A stretch of 64,000 bases of DNA from NCBI RefSeq assembly GCF_006345805.1, contig NW_021833744.1:1-64000 (forward strand). The letters run 5' to 3'. The DNA comes from Octopus sinensis. Lineage: Eukaryota. This document shows positions 52,385-64,000 of the stretch, piece after piece; position 1 is the first letter of the stretch; the number at the start of each line of letters is the position of its first letter. A program made the position numbers and the translations under genes. Under the pieces are notes generated by a model. That model was given only the letters and a program-made list of their open reading frames with translations. It was not told the DNA's origin and searched no databases.

Positions 52385-52830
52385 AAGTGAACTTCCTTTG
52401 ATATTGAGGTAATTTTGGTATTAAATCCGGCCACTTGAATTTCATTAGCCCCAAATGTTTAAAAAAGCCAATCATCTGATAAAAGACCTCGTCAATCAAC
52501 CCAGTTCTTATTTCCGATCCCTTAGTGTTAGACTATTCCAACGGCCTGGGAGCTTTTTTAATTATCGATGTTTTTAAATGATTCTAAAACTAATAACTCT
52601 CATACATTATTTTATGGGTTTTCCGAAAGAAATTGAACTTGCTATATTTATTCCTGCTTGGAGAATTGCGACTAATTCATTAGTTTTCTTCAAAGCAGGT
52701 CCGATTGTGCAAATAATGCCAGTTTTCTTAATTTGACCTGGTTTGGAATCATCATCCAATAAGCAGCTATTGTTGTAATGTAAAACAGGCAGAGCTCGCA
52801 TCCAATTGTTGATTTTTTATGAATTAGTCA
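52385..52830 (-). pseudogene. Pyruvate kinase N-terminal relic
   Basis: KKTGIICTIGPA..ILQAGINIA.. and later RPLGIV..TKGSEIRTG, with frameshifts, stops and a mini-intron remnant. Confidence 0.75.
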
Positions 52831-53214
52831 TTATCGAATTTTATTTCAACTATACTTATTTATTTCATCAATTACGATATCTTTATGCTATTTATTATCT
52901 ATTGCTGCTTTAATGATTACAAGAAGGTTGTTGAATGTGATTCTAAAAATATTGGGTTCTTTACTGCATTCAATCTAATTATTGGAGATCAATCAGTGTG
53001 GATAATGGGAGTGCATTTTCTTGTTCAACCTTTAGTTTTATATATTTTTTTAAATACTGTCAAATTTAAATAAAAGGAAAAATTAATAGTTTATTTCATG
53101 TATTTACTAATAATTAGAGAATGTTGTATTACTAGATGTTTCAGACCCATGTTTTTTTCATAGAATATAAGATAAAAATAATTTTTTAAGTAAAAAGTTT
53201 TTTATTGATATTTG

Positions 53215-53990
53215 TCTTTTGAGGGCGGAAAAGGCCTCGATAATTTAGCATTAACGGTCTCGCAGCGCTTCATAGATCGCATGCAAGAAAATTATCCCCA
53301 CCATTGCCGCAAAGCTCAGTCCAGTCCAACTCTGGGTCGGCGTGCCTGGAGGATGTGAATCTGCTGTTCATGCTATCCGCACTTTCTCAGAAGCGTGCAA
53401 GAAATCACAATGTCCAAACATTCTGATCAAGCTTGACATCAGAAATGCATTCAACAGTATCCGACGGGACAGAGTTTTTGAGGCCTGCTCTGAGTATTGT
53501 CCTTCCTTATTTGGGCTAACTTTCGAATCATACGGCCAACCATCTTCCCTTATTTTTGATTCCGACACTATCCCGTCTGCTTCGGGAGTCCAACAGGGAG
53601 GCCCTCTGGGGCCACTCCTTTTTTTGTCTTGGAATCTCTGAGGTGACCAAGCTTCTATCTTCTCCATTAAATCTTTGATATCTCGACGACGCTACTCTCG
53701 GTAGCTCTCCGGACATCGTTCTGCAGGACATAATTAAAATCATTCCGGCTCTGGAGAAAATCGGTCTCATTTTAAATTTCTCCAAATGTGAAATTTCCAA
53801 CCTCGAATCCTCGCAATCTATTTTCGAAGACGCTGTTTCCTCTTTCTGCGATCTTATCCCGGGAGTTCAATCTACTCCCATTAACGAACTTTTTATCCTC
53901 GGAGCCCCGGTAGCTGGCAACTCTATCGATGTGGCCCTACGCAAAAAAGAACTTTTCTCGAGGAAGCTTTTGATCGTATCAGACAGCTGG
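53215..53990 (+). mobile_element. CRE-like non-LTR RT fragment
   Basis: PVQLWVGVPGGCESAVHAIR, KLDIRNAFNSIRRD, GVQQGGPLGPLLF and YLDDATL. Confidence 0.85.
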
Positions 53991-54159
53991 ATTTGCTTGT
54001 ACATAAAATAAAGTGTGTTATAAATCAATATGGCTCTGCGGGAAAGACTATAAAAATTAATTTTTATTTACTGATGTCCGCAGGAAAGTGCGTGCTTTAG
54101 CCTCCTCCGGAGTTTCCCCTCTGCCCATTCCTAACTTAATTTGTTTTCATTTGGAGACA

Positions 54160-57100
54160 GAAGATAAAGGAGACATTGAACAAAACCCTGGACCCGCCAG
54201 GAAGAACCTACTTCGTATCCTGCAAGTAAACATTAATGGGATCGCCCACAAGACCACTGAACTCTGTTCCTTCATGGAGAAGTACGACGTGGACATTGCT
54301 TTGGTGCAGGAAACGAAGCTCTCGCCCAAAAACCGCCTGCCCGATTTCCCGGTTCTCATACATCCGGCGAGACAGACCGAACTCCGTAAATGGCGGGGGC
54401 CTTTTAACCCTTATCAGAAAATCAATCCCTTACTCTAACTCAGACGTCACCAAACTACGGCCCGCGGGCCGGATCCGGCCCGCGACAACATTTTATCCGG
54501 CCCGCGCACTATTTCGAGATATTCAATTAATACCTTAATAATTAACTTAAATAAAAACTTTAATTAAAAAATTAAACTATTTTGCAAGATTTAATTCGAA
54601 AAAAAACTATCAGCATTAACGTTAAATTTTTCTTGTTGCTATGTCTAATATGAAAAGAAAGGTTGACCGCGAATGCCGTGTATTCAATAAATTATGGGAA
54701 TTGAAGTATTTTTTTGCGAAAGATGAATTAAAGCAGAAAGCTTATGTTTAATATGCCACGAACATCTCTCTGTTATGAAGGATTATAACATTCGACGTCA
54801 TTATGAAACGAATCATGCTCCGATATATCCAAGTACACTGAAAGCTACGTGAGGATAAAGTTGAATCACTGAAACGCACTTTACAAATTCAACAAGGCCT
54901 TATAAAAAAAAATTTTGAAAATAATGAAAATGTAACAAGAGCTGGATACGAGATAACGAAAATTATTTCACAACACGGGAAACCCTTTAGTGATGGGATG
55001 TATATCAAAAATTGCATTATTGAAGCAGTTAATTGTTTGTGCCCACTAAATTCTTCCTTGTGAGGCAAACTGTAATGAGATCGACATTACTTTCCAAATT
55101 GGAATTATCAAAGAATTAAAACATCATTTTTTACATAAGTTTTCTGAACTTGACAAAATTGAAAGCGATATAATTTTGTTCGAAAATCCATTTTCTTGTA
55201 ATGTTGAAAATGTTCAACATGAATTACAATTAGAAGTTATTGACTTACAATCAAATGAACAGCTCAAAGATTGTCACAGACGGACCAAACTCGCTGAGTT
55301 CTACGAATATCTCAAGGATGATGAGTTTCCGAGACTAAAGAATTTTGCGATAAAGATGATTTCTATATTTGGCACAACTTACCAATGTGAGCAAACGTTT
55401 TCGAGGATGAAATATGTTAAGTCTGCCCATCGTGCAAGATTGACTGACGGACACTTAAAATCAATTCTCATGATAGGATGCAGCAATTTAAAACCAAATA
55501 TTGATGAACTTATCAAAAAAAGATCACAGTTCCATAGCTCTCATTAAAATTTTTGTTTACTTTATTTTTGTTTAAATTAGTTTTTATTGTAAAAAACACA
55601 CTTATGAATTTCTAGTAAAATTATAATCCTATGCACGTGCTCCGGCCCGCGTTCATTGTGTTGGGGTCAATCCGGCCCGCGAGTGCAAAAAGTTTGGTGA
55701 CCCCTGCTCTAACTGTACATCACAAGCTTACACACTAATCGATAACGACCCTGTAATTGAGCTGACGGCTATAACGGTCTCTACAGGGCGCTCAACCAGA
55801 AGGCTGATCAACATGTACATCCCTCCGTGTTCATTCTGTCCTCACGGCTGGACCCCTTCAATACAAAACCTCCAGTCCCTCAGTAATGTCTTTATCTGTG
55901 GTGATATGAACGCAAAGAGCCCGATTTGGCTTAAAAATCAATGCCTCAACTCAAGAGGAACTCTTCTACTTGATCAACTTGACGGTTTAGTAATCCTCAA
56001 CAACTCCTCATCCCATACCAGAACCCCGTCAAGAAATGGCGACGCAATCTCCTCTCCCGACATCTCACTGTGTACTCCTATTCTGGCCTCTGCTACCTCC
56101 TGGAAGGTGGTTTATGACCTAACCAGTGACCATAACCCAATCATAATCGAGAATGCTCTAAAATCTAACATTGACCTACAACGCCACTGTTACACTAACT
56201 ACAAAAGAGCTTCCTGGGACGAATACCGCCTTGCCCTAGAAAACTCTCTGAATGACTTCAACATCAACAGCTTTCGCTCGACTGATGCAGCAGTCAATCA
56301 CCTTAATGCTCTCATCATTTCCACCTCCAAAAATTTCATTCCCCAAGGAAAAATTGAAAAGTTCCGCCCTAACTACAGCCACGAAGTGAAATCCCTCATA
56401 AAGACTCGCAACAAACTGAAACAGATATCAAGGCACTCTGCCGAGTCCTCCATTGAATTGGCTAACCTAAACAAACAAATCACCGCTGCCATTAACCTGC
56501 ACGCAGATTCTAAGTGGACCGAATTTATCACCGCAGATTCTAAGTGGACCGAATTTAGACCCTGAAGGACATGAATGATTTGATTTATGAAAAGCCCAAG
56601 TCCCATGAATCTGCCACTTCTAACTCAAACACCCCACTGAATCCGGTTCAGGAGGCAAACTCGCTCATGAACTACTACGCCTCCTTAAGCCACAAAACCT
56701 CAAACAAAAACGACCGAAAGGTCGCCAAATCTCGGAGGAGCTTACCTCGCACGGAATCCTTACCGCCTTTCACTGCAGACGAAGTTTCGCAGTGTATAAA
56801 AAACTCGAAGAATTCCCCCGCCACGGGGCCTGACAACATTTCTATCCACCACCTTAAAAGACTTGGCCCCAACGCCATCAACGCTATAGTGTCTATTTTC
56901 AACAATTCCGTTGTAAAAAACGAAATTCCATCTCTTTGGAAAAAATCACGTATCATCTCGTTAATCAAACCGAACAAACCGGCTGGCATTCCAAGCTCCT
57001 ACCGCCCAATCTCTCTTTTGTGCACGCTATCTAAAATCCTCGAAAGACTAATCCTTTCACGAGTCTCGAAGCACTTACCAACATCCCACACCCAACATGG

Positions 57101-58601
57101 CTTCAAACCACTGCACTCAACAACCACTCACTTAACAACGCTTTCCCAGTTCGTCCTGGACGGCTTCAATGAGAAGAGGCCCCCTAAACGAACAGTTCTA
57201 GCTTCCATCGACATATCTAAAGCTTTTGACAGCGTCCCCCGTTGCGGTCTCACCAAGAAAATTCTCACGACCGGCCTAGACTCAAACTACAAATCCTGGC
57301 TTGCTAACTTCTTATCGGGCCGCATCGGCTACGTCTCCCTCATGGACCATTGTTCCAAACAACGCTATCTTCCAAACGGGGTACCGCAGGGTTCCGTGCT
57401 GTCTCCATCCCTGTTCAATCTTTACTTGCACGACTTCCCGGCAAACGACCCTAACAACTTGACACTATCTTACGCTGACGACATTATTATTGCCTCAAAA
57501 CACGAAGACTACAAAGCTGCCTCCTTCAACCTTCAGCAACAACTCCACTCCGTTGAGAATTGGCTCAGAGAAAACAGGCTCGAGGCCTCGTCCTCCAAGT
57601 CCTCGGTCACCCTATTATCTTCCGACAGAAGACAATCAAACATACATCCCAACCTATCTCTCTTTGGCTCTGTTCTCCCACTATCAAAACACCCCACTGT
57701 TCTCGGACTAACCTTCGACCCAACGATGTCCTTCAATAAACATGTCTCGAAGATCTCTGACAAGGCTAACAGGCGTACAAATATCCTGAAAGCAATAAGT
57801 GGTCGCATCACTGGTGCGCAGAAACCACTTCTCAAACGTGTGTATAAACAATACATTCGCCCTGTCCTAAGCTACGCGAGTCCGAGTTGGGCTCCCTGTC
57901 TTTCTATGAGCTCCTCTGTGGCTCTCCAATCAATTCAAAACAAAGCCATGCGCATCATATCCGGGTGCCTGAAATCAACACCCATCGACCATCTGCACTG
58001 TGAAACCAACCTCCTCCCGATAGAGGAACATCTAAACATGAGAGGAGCACAATTCCTATTCGCTTCGCGAAAACTCTACCACCCTTGCACTGCCCTAAAC
58101 ACGCTAAATGACAACGACCGTGCATTGAAGAACACGCCTGCCAAACTATACTCCCGGGTACTTGCCAAAATCAATGGCCTAAACCAATGTTCACAGCCAA
58201 TGAAAAAAATCCACGACTTCATTTCAACGTCGTCCATTCTAAGGCTGAAGCCTAACTCTGTCCTCAACAAACTTCCTCCGGAAGTTCACCCCTCCGAAAT
58301 GCTTCTGGAGCGTTCCGCTCAGATCAACCTTGCTCATTTCCGCTCGGGCCACCACCACTCACTAAACTCCTACGCTCACTCATTGAACGTCGTGATCTCC
58401 CCGGTATGCAACCTCTGCTGTGCCGAAGATCACTCAACTGATCACCTTTTCCGCTGCCCTGTTCTCCTCCCTGTCCGCAGGAAATTTGCTGTCCACTCCC
58501 CCGAGGTCCTTTGGGAGCAACCCGCGAAGGCGCTGTTGTTTCTGCTAGCCGCCGGTCTCATACCCGAATGTGAGACCGGGGTTATGCAACAACAACAATA
58601 A
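54160..58601 (+). mobile_element. Vingi/ingi-like LINE: 2A-like motif, APE, RT and C-terminal Zn finger, no RNase H seen
   Basis: GDIEQNPGP, ILQVNING, LVQET, ICGDMN, SDHNP, SYRPISLL, DISKAFDSV, GVPQGS, SYADD and CNLC..HSTDHLFRC, with a (CAA)n tail. Interrupted by a hAT element and by a 30-bp duplication plus stop at about 56500-56565. Confidence 0.9.
54441..55706 (+). mobile_element. hAT (SPIN/GTF2IRD2-like) internally deleted element nested in the LINE
   Basis: TIR cag(ac/gg)gtcaccaaact, ggcccgc subterminal repeats and a perfect 8-bp TSD ctctaact (54433-54440, 55707-55714). BED finger remnant and FGTTYQCEQTFS. Confidence 0.92.
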
Positions 58602-58609
58602 ACATTATA

Positions 58610-60432
58610 CAGTGAATCCTCGCAAATTGGCCATTTTTGGTACATAGAGATTTTATGGCCAATTTGAGAAAATGGCCAATTTGAAAAAAATCAATATTTA
58701 AAAAATAAAATAAACACGTTTAAATTTTATTAAAATAAAATTCAATCCCTAATTCCTTTTTATTTGCTCTTTTTACATTTTCTTTGTATTTTCTTATTGC
58801 AGTAATCAGCGAAACATCATTCTCATTTTCTGCATTACAGTAAAGTTGCCTTTCTATTCTAGTTAATGTCTTTGCAATATCTTTTCTATCGAGTGGATAT
58901 ATGATTTTTGTCTCTTCGTCGCTAATTTCAGACTCTTGATCCTCTTGTAAACAATTTTCGTTTATATCTTGATCTTCTGTGTTTTCGATATTTAGAAAAT
59001 CTTCGCTCATTAGAGGATCGAAAATGTCAGTTCTTTCAATTTCAGTCTCATAATGTTCAATTAATGTATTTTCGTGATTAGATTCATTTAAAATCTTAAA
59101 ACAATTTTGAATAGTTTCAGTAGATACGTCATCCCAAGCCATATTAACAAACAAAATTGCATCTTTTAATGTCAATTTTTTGTATGAATTGTATACAGAA
59201 ATATTTTCAGTCTCCAGCAAATCAGTTAAGTACTGTAGCTTTCTTCTCATGAAATGAGTCTTGAAGGTTTTTATAATTCCAATATCCATTGGTTGTAGTA
59301 ATCCAGTAGAATTTTTAGGAAAAAATAAAATCTTAATACAATCCAAGTTTTGAGGAATAGAATGTGCAGGACAGTGGTCTATTAGCAATAAAATTTTCTT
59401 CTTTTTAATTTTAAGCTGGAGATCAAAGCTAATAATCCAATCAATAAAAATAGATCCAGTCATCCAAGCTTTCTGTGAGCTATAATATGAGACAAGACAT
59501 CCATAGTCAAAATTTTTAAAACATCTAGGCATTTTTGGTTTTCCAATCATCACAGGTTTCAATTTATGACTTCCGGTCATGTTTGAACAAAGCATAATAG
59601 ACACACGGTCTTTAAAATTTTTGTATCCTTGGAATCGGTTTCTGCATACGCTTTTCGATGGAATAAGCTTGTAGTATAATGCAGTTTCATCCAAATTATA
59701 AATTAGATCAGGCTTATACGATTTAGAAATTTCTTTAAATTCTTCACGAAAAGAATTAATGTCAACTACTTTATCTGTTCGCATCTCTCCATGTAATTTT
59801 AGCATTCTAAAACCGTGTCTCTTTTTGAATTTTGCCAGAAATCCATTAGAATTTTTAAAGTTACTAAGTTGTAGCTCTTCGGCAAAATGCGCAGCCTTAC
59901 ACGATATTAAGGAATCATTCAAAAAACCACCTAAAAATTGGTTTTCAATTAATACCTTTAGACTCTATTGTATCCATCCATTCGATCAATTTTTCTTCAA
60001 GCGTAGGAAATTTTGGTTTGTGAGCAGCTTTATACGAATTTTGATAGATTTTCGAATCCCGTAAAATAGAGTCTTTATTAAGCAGTAGATTATTGATCGT
60101 CTTTCTCGAGATCGTCTTGTGGAATAAATGTGAGAATCTGTCAGCCAGAAGCTGACACGAAACACTGTCATTTTCTTCCTTGTAGTTTATAATTTGTGTT
60201 TTTTCAAGAAAAGTGAGCCGAGTATAACGTCCACGAGAAATTTTATAAGACATGTGATTAAAAAAATAGTTTATTTTCTAATTAAAAAAAATAATAATTC
60301 AAAAATTGTGGCCAATTTGAGAATTGGCCAATTTACTAAGAAAATTAATTTTTTTCTTAGTAAATTGTGAAAAAATTGGCCAATTTAAAAATTGGCCAAT
60401 TTGCGAGGTGGCCAATTTGCGAGGATTCACTG
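58610..60432 (-). mobile_element. pogo/Tigger-like DNA transposon, apparently intact
   Basis: Perfect TIR cagtgaatcctcgcaaattggcca, TA TSD and repeated tggccaattt subterminal motifs. Confidence 0.95.
58720..60253 (-). CDS. pogo-like transposase, 502 aa after removing a 25-nt intron
   Basis: Intron gtattaattgaaaaccaatttttag (59931-59955) joins IESKG|GFLND in frame. CENP-B HTH plus the triad YNLDET / LIDHCPAH / QPMD (DD30D). Confidence 0.88.
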
Positions 60433-60833
60433 TATTTACCGATGTTTCTAATTACATTTCAATTGTTAATTATTACTTGGTCTATTGAAATATCGACTAC
60501 GACTTGGGAAAATAGATAGTCTGAAAAAGTTTTTCATTTGTTACTTTTCGAACTCCTCCTTGATTGCGGCGTGTTTGGGAAATACGACCTTTTCTACTTT
60601 TACGTACTTCAAGTTGTCTTTGGATGTGACTTCCCAATATCAATATTTGGTTCTTACTGTATTTAAAGAAAGTTGAATAAAGCAGTTTCAATTTAATGAG
60701 ATCCATTAGTTTTTTCTGTTGCCACTCATTAATAAAAATCTTGTATACAATTGATTTTTACAGAAATGAATATAAAATCAATAAACGGCTCTGTTATAGT
60801 TCATAAAATAAAAATCGGCCGTCGATTTTCATA

Positions 60834-61895
60834 ATGATAAAAAATAAAGGGCGTATTCTGACCGCATTTATAGTAAATCGATTTAAATTAATATGTAGTT
60901 GATCATTTCATCTTTCTTATTAATAGAAATCAGATATAATGTATATATTAATATTCAAAAACAACTTGAAATTCAAGAAATAAACAAAACAAGTTTTCAA
61001 AACCTTAAAAACACAAGTCAAGTTTTAGAAACATCCATTCTTGTTGTCACTATATCAGGTAGATATTTATATGGCTAAAATTTTGTAAAAGATCCAAAAA
61101 ATGTAGCAAGAAGGCAAGCAATAAGAGAATCCTGGGGAAATAGAGAGATAATGGAACGCTCAAGCGCAAAAATGATATTTTTTATAGGCACAAATGAAAA
61201 ACCAATTACTACTTCCTTGAGAAAAGAATCAGATGAGCACAATGATCTAGTTTTTGCAGATTTTGTTGAATCCTACTTTAATTTGTCTATAAAAACGATG
61301 GAAGCATTAAAGTTCATTTTGGGTGTCATTTATTAGGTGGGCAATACGTGATTTCCCAAATTTCGAATATTTTGTAAAAGTTGACGATGATATTGTTTTT
61401 AATGTCGAAGAATTAAGTTCGAAAATATCTCTCTTAGGTCCTGATTCCCACAAGAAAAATAGTCAATTTATGATGTGTCATTTGCTCTCAAGCAGTGTTC
61501 CTATTAGAGAGAACTCAAAATGGTTTATATTATCAGAAATCGTATTATAAGGGTCATTTCATATGAGGAGTATCCTTTAAATTATTATCCTCCATTTTGT
61601 TCGGGGACATGCTATGTTTTGTCTAAAGATGCGGTAACAGCGATTGTAAATGTGTGTCAAAATGAAAAATTAATTCATCTTGAAGATGTGGCTGTGACTG
61701 GTTGAGGTTTGGTTAATAATATGTTTAGGAATTTGTGGTGAGAAGGCAGGAGTGATGAAACAACACGTTGAAGGATTCTCAATCCACCAACGATACGATT
61801 ATCTATGTAATGCTAAACATTTAATTTCCAATCATTTGACTAACACGCCATCGGAGGTGAAGGAAATATATTTTAAATTAAAAAAAAACTGTTGA
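60834..61895 (+). CDS. GT31 beta-1,3-galactosyltransferase-like type II membrane protein
   Basis: Five mini-introns (25-33 nt). N-terminal TM segment, RRQAIRESWG, DFVESYFNLSIKT, FVKVDDD, YPPFCSGTCY and HLEDVAVTG. Confidence 0.9.
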
Positions 61896-61999
61896 GTTTG
61901 TTTTACGAACATAAATTTTTATTATCTACTATAATGTTACAGTGTTTAATCTATTTATTTAATCCAAGAACACTGTCAAGGCCAGAAAACAAAATGAAT

Positions 62000-62640
62000 T
62001 AGGTGATCCCGACATTCCCAATCAATCTACGCATCTTCTCGTTCTGTTCAGCCAGGGATCCGACGCATCTTCTGATTGGAGGAGGATCCAAGGGTCTTGG
62101 CTGTTGCCAGCATGTTCTAACATAAAACACAGACCCCTTCTTTCTCACAAGCATTTCGATCAATATGCTTAGAGAATGAGAATTTGGTGTCAAAGGTCAC
62201 ATCGAATATTTCTGTGTTTTTGTCTGCGGAATTCTTGTTCCGTTCAAAACAACATTGATTTCGGAGTTTGATGTTTTTTGTTAGTCGTGAATAGAGTGGT
62301 CATGCATTTTTCGAGGTTTAGGTTTAGCTGGTTTGTATATAGCTAAAAAGATATGTTGTTAACATCTTCCTGAAGTCTTTGGTCCCGTGATCCTAGGAGA
62401 ATAACATATCGTCCTGGTGATTAGAGATTGGAATGTCGCTTATATAAGAATTTTAAAGAATTGGAGACAGTGGTGATCCTAGAGAGACACCGTTTGGTAA
62501 CAGTTTAGAACCAGAGTTTATTCAGCAATGATTTACAAAGCCTCGACGTACACTCAAAAAGTTTGCTAGCCATAGTTTGAGGTTTGATTAAATATTTGAC
62601 GTAAATATTCACGAGAGGCACTTGTTGAAGATATCCACTA
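62000..62640 (-). mobile_element. Decayed Vingi-like LINE fragment
   Basis: WLANFLS, PNGVSLGS, ITRTICYS and DVTFDTKFSFSKH remnants. Confidence 0.6.
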
Positions 62641-63024
62641 TTTTATGCTTTGTTTAAATCTTAAAAATAAAAATCAAAGGGCAACCTTTCTACTTGACCT
62701 TATATACAGGGCGCCTTGATTAAATATTTTTCTGACTTTGTCAATTACAGAATTCTTTCTTTTTAGCTTAACATTATAAAAAACTGATCGAGCAAACAAG
62801 AATCCTGAATAAAAAACTGATTTTTCAACTAGGCAACATGTTTTCTAAAGGATACAAGTCCCCTGATTATGTTATCAAAAATTTACTAGCATTTACCCAA
62901 CTCTCAAAAGAAAAGTCGACCATAATTGGACTAGTGAAAGTTTAGCAAAATATTTGAAAAATATTTTGTAAAGAAAACATTAAACAAATTTTAAACATAG
63001 AAAGTATAAAGTGACTTTCAGATA

Positions 63025-63530
63025 GCTGACTTTTCAATTTTGATTTTATTGAATTCATTTCTGAGAATGACTTTTCGCAAAAATATGTTGATCTAAATAT
63101 TGTTATAATTTCATTTTAATAAATAAAATTACTCAGGAAGGCTATTCTATACATCAAATATGAAAAAATCTTGTCTTTCTATTTAGTGTTTCTGCACGAA
63201 TATTTTTATTTAATTCTAACTTCAATTATTGAGGAATATTTTTTATTTTCTAACTGATATGTCTTCACTACGGGTGTAGCCTTTAAGAGGTAAGAATGAC
63301 AGAAATTCTCTTAGAAAACCACGATAGACATAGCGGTCAATTAAAAATAAATAGGTCAAAATTAAAAATCTGTTCTATATCTTTGATATCACACAAAGCA
63401 TCTACCCATAATGAAATTGATTCTGCGACTTTGAGGTCTTGAATTTGTGGTTTTGTTATATTTGAACACATTTTAAAGTCATATCAGCAACTGTTTTCGC
63501 AGAAAGTGGTATATTATTAAAACAATTGGA
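63025..63530 (-). mobile_element. Decayed hAT fragment paralogous to 18230-19100
   Basis: Direct nucleotide similarity (gacttttcaattttgattttattgaattc...). Confidence 0.65.
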
Positions 63531-63589
63531 CTCACGATCCTCGGACTGGCTCTTTCAACGGTTCTCGATCGCCGTTATCCGGTAATAGG

Positions 63590-64000
63590 ACTGATATCAA
63601 AAAATTAAATATAAAGAGAATTCAACAACTCAAATTTAATGAAATTGATGTAGCAATGATAACATGGATTGACTTAATGGAACCTAGTGGAGTTAATGAA
63701 ACAATCAGTTTAAAAATTGAACAATATGGATTGGACAATGTTCATAATGCAGATGAAACTGGTGTCTTTTACAAGGCGATTTCTTCTAAAAGTGTGTGCA
63801 CTAAACCAAGGCCTGGGATAATGTTGTCGAAGGATCGATTTTCTTTACTGTTATGCGCAAATTGTTCTGGTTCCGATAAAAGAAGGCCTGTAATGATAGG
63901 AAGATTCAAAAATCCATAGTGTTTTAAAAATTTCAACATTCGAAAATATGTTACCTACACCCATTTCAATAAGGCATGGATGAATCGTGAAATTTTTAAA
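63590..64000 (+). mobile_element. pogo/Tigger transposase fragment running off the window
   Basis: VHNADETGVFYK, KDRFSLLLCANCSGSDK..IGRFKNP and NKAWM. Confidence 0.8.

Noticed and set aside
7473-61895. Alternative nuclear genetic code (TAA/TAG read-through)
   Set aside because: In-frame stops in conserved genes all fall within removable mini-introns, and genes end normally with TAA, TAG or TGA.
1-64000. rRNA, tRNA or snRNA genes
   Set aside because: None recognised by eye. tRNAscan-SE and Infernal/Rfam would be needed to exclude them.

Overview
AT-rich eukaryotic (animal-like) genomic DNA, not prokaryotic. Very compact host genes sit in islands among nested, mostly decayed transposons. The introns are mostly 22-29-nt spliceosomal mini-introns. 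Recognisable host genes are a miniaturised kinesin-6 (KIF23-like), an ATP9-type P4-ATPase, GLRX5, TMEM138, NASP and a GT31 beta-1,3-galactosyltransferase. There is also an INTS4-like HEAT fragment and a pyruvate kinase relic. Transposons include Vingi/ingi-like LINEs (one with a 2A-like motif), R4/NeSL- and CRE-like RLE retroelements, hAT (Buster/SPIN), pogo/Tigger (one apparently intact, with a host-type mini-intron), Tc1/IS630-like elements and a non-autonomous Helitron. The most striking feature is a tandem array (26.4-39.0 kb) of five ~78-aa orphan two-exon genes with an MGN(G/R)AFK N-terminus in four copies. Their substitutions are almost all non-synonymous, and in the A1/A2 pair the coding sequence has diverged faster than its own flank. 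Two apparently non-canonical mini-introns (GA-AG in NASP, GT-TG in ATP9) and a 51-bp GLRX5-ATP9 spacer are also notable. Mini-introns plus a ciliary gene fit a dicyemid-like mesozoan parasite (inference only). Single-base indels in homopolymers suggest some long-read consensus error. All family assignments come from manual motif recognition, and boundaries of decayed elements are approximate.
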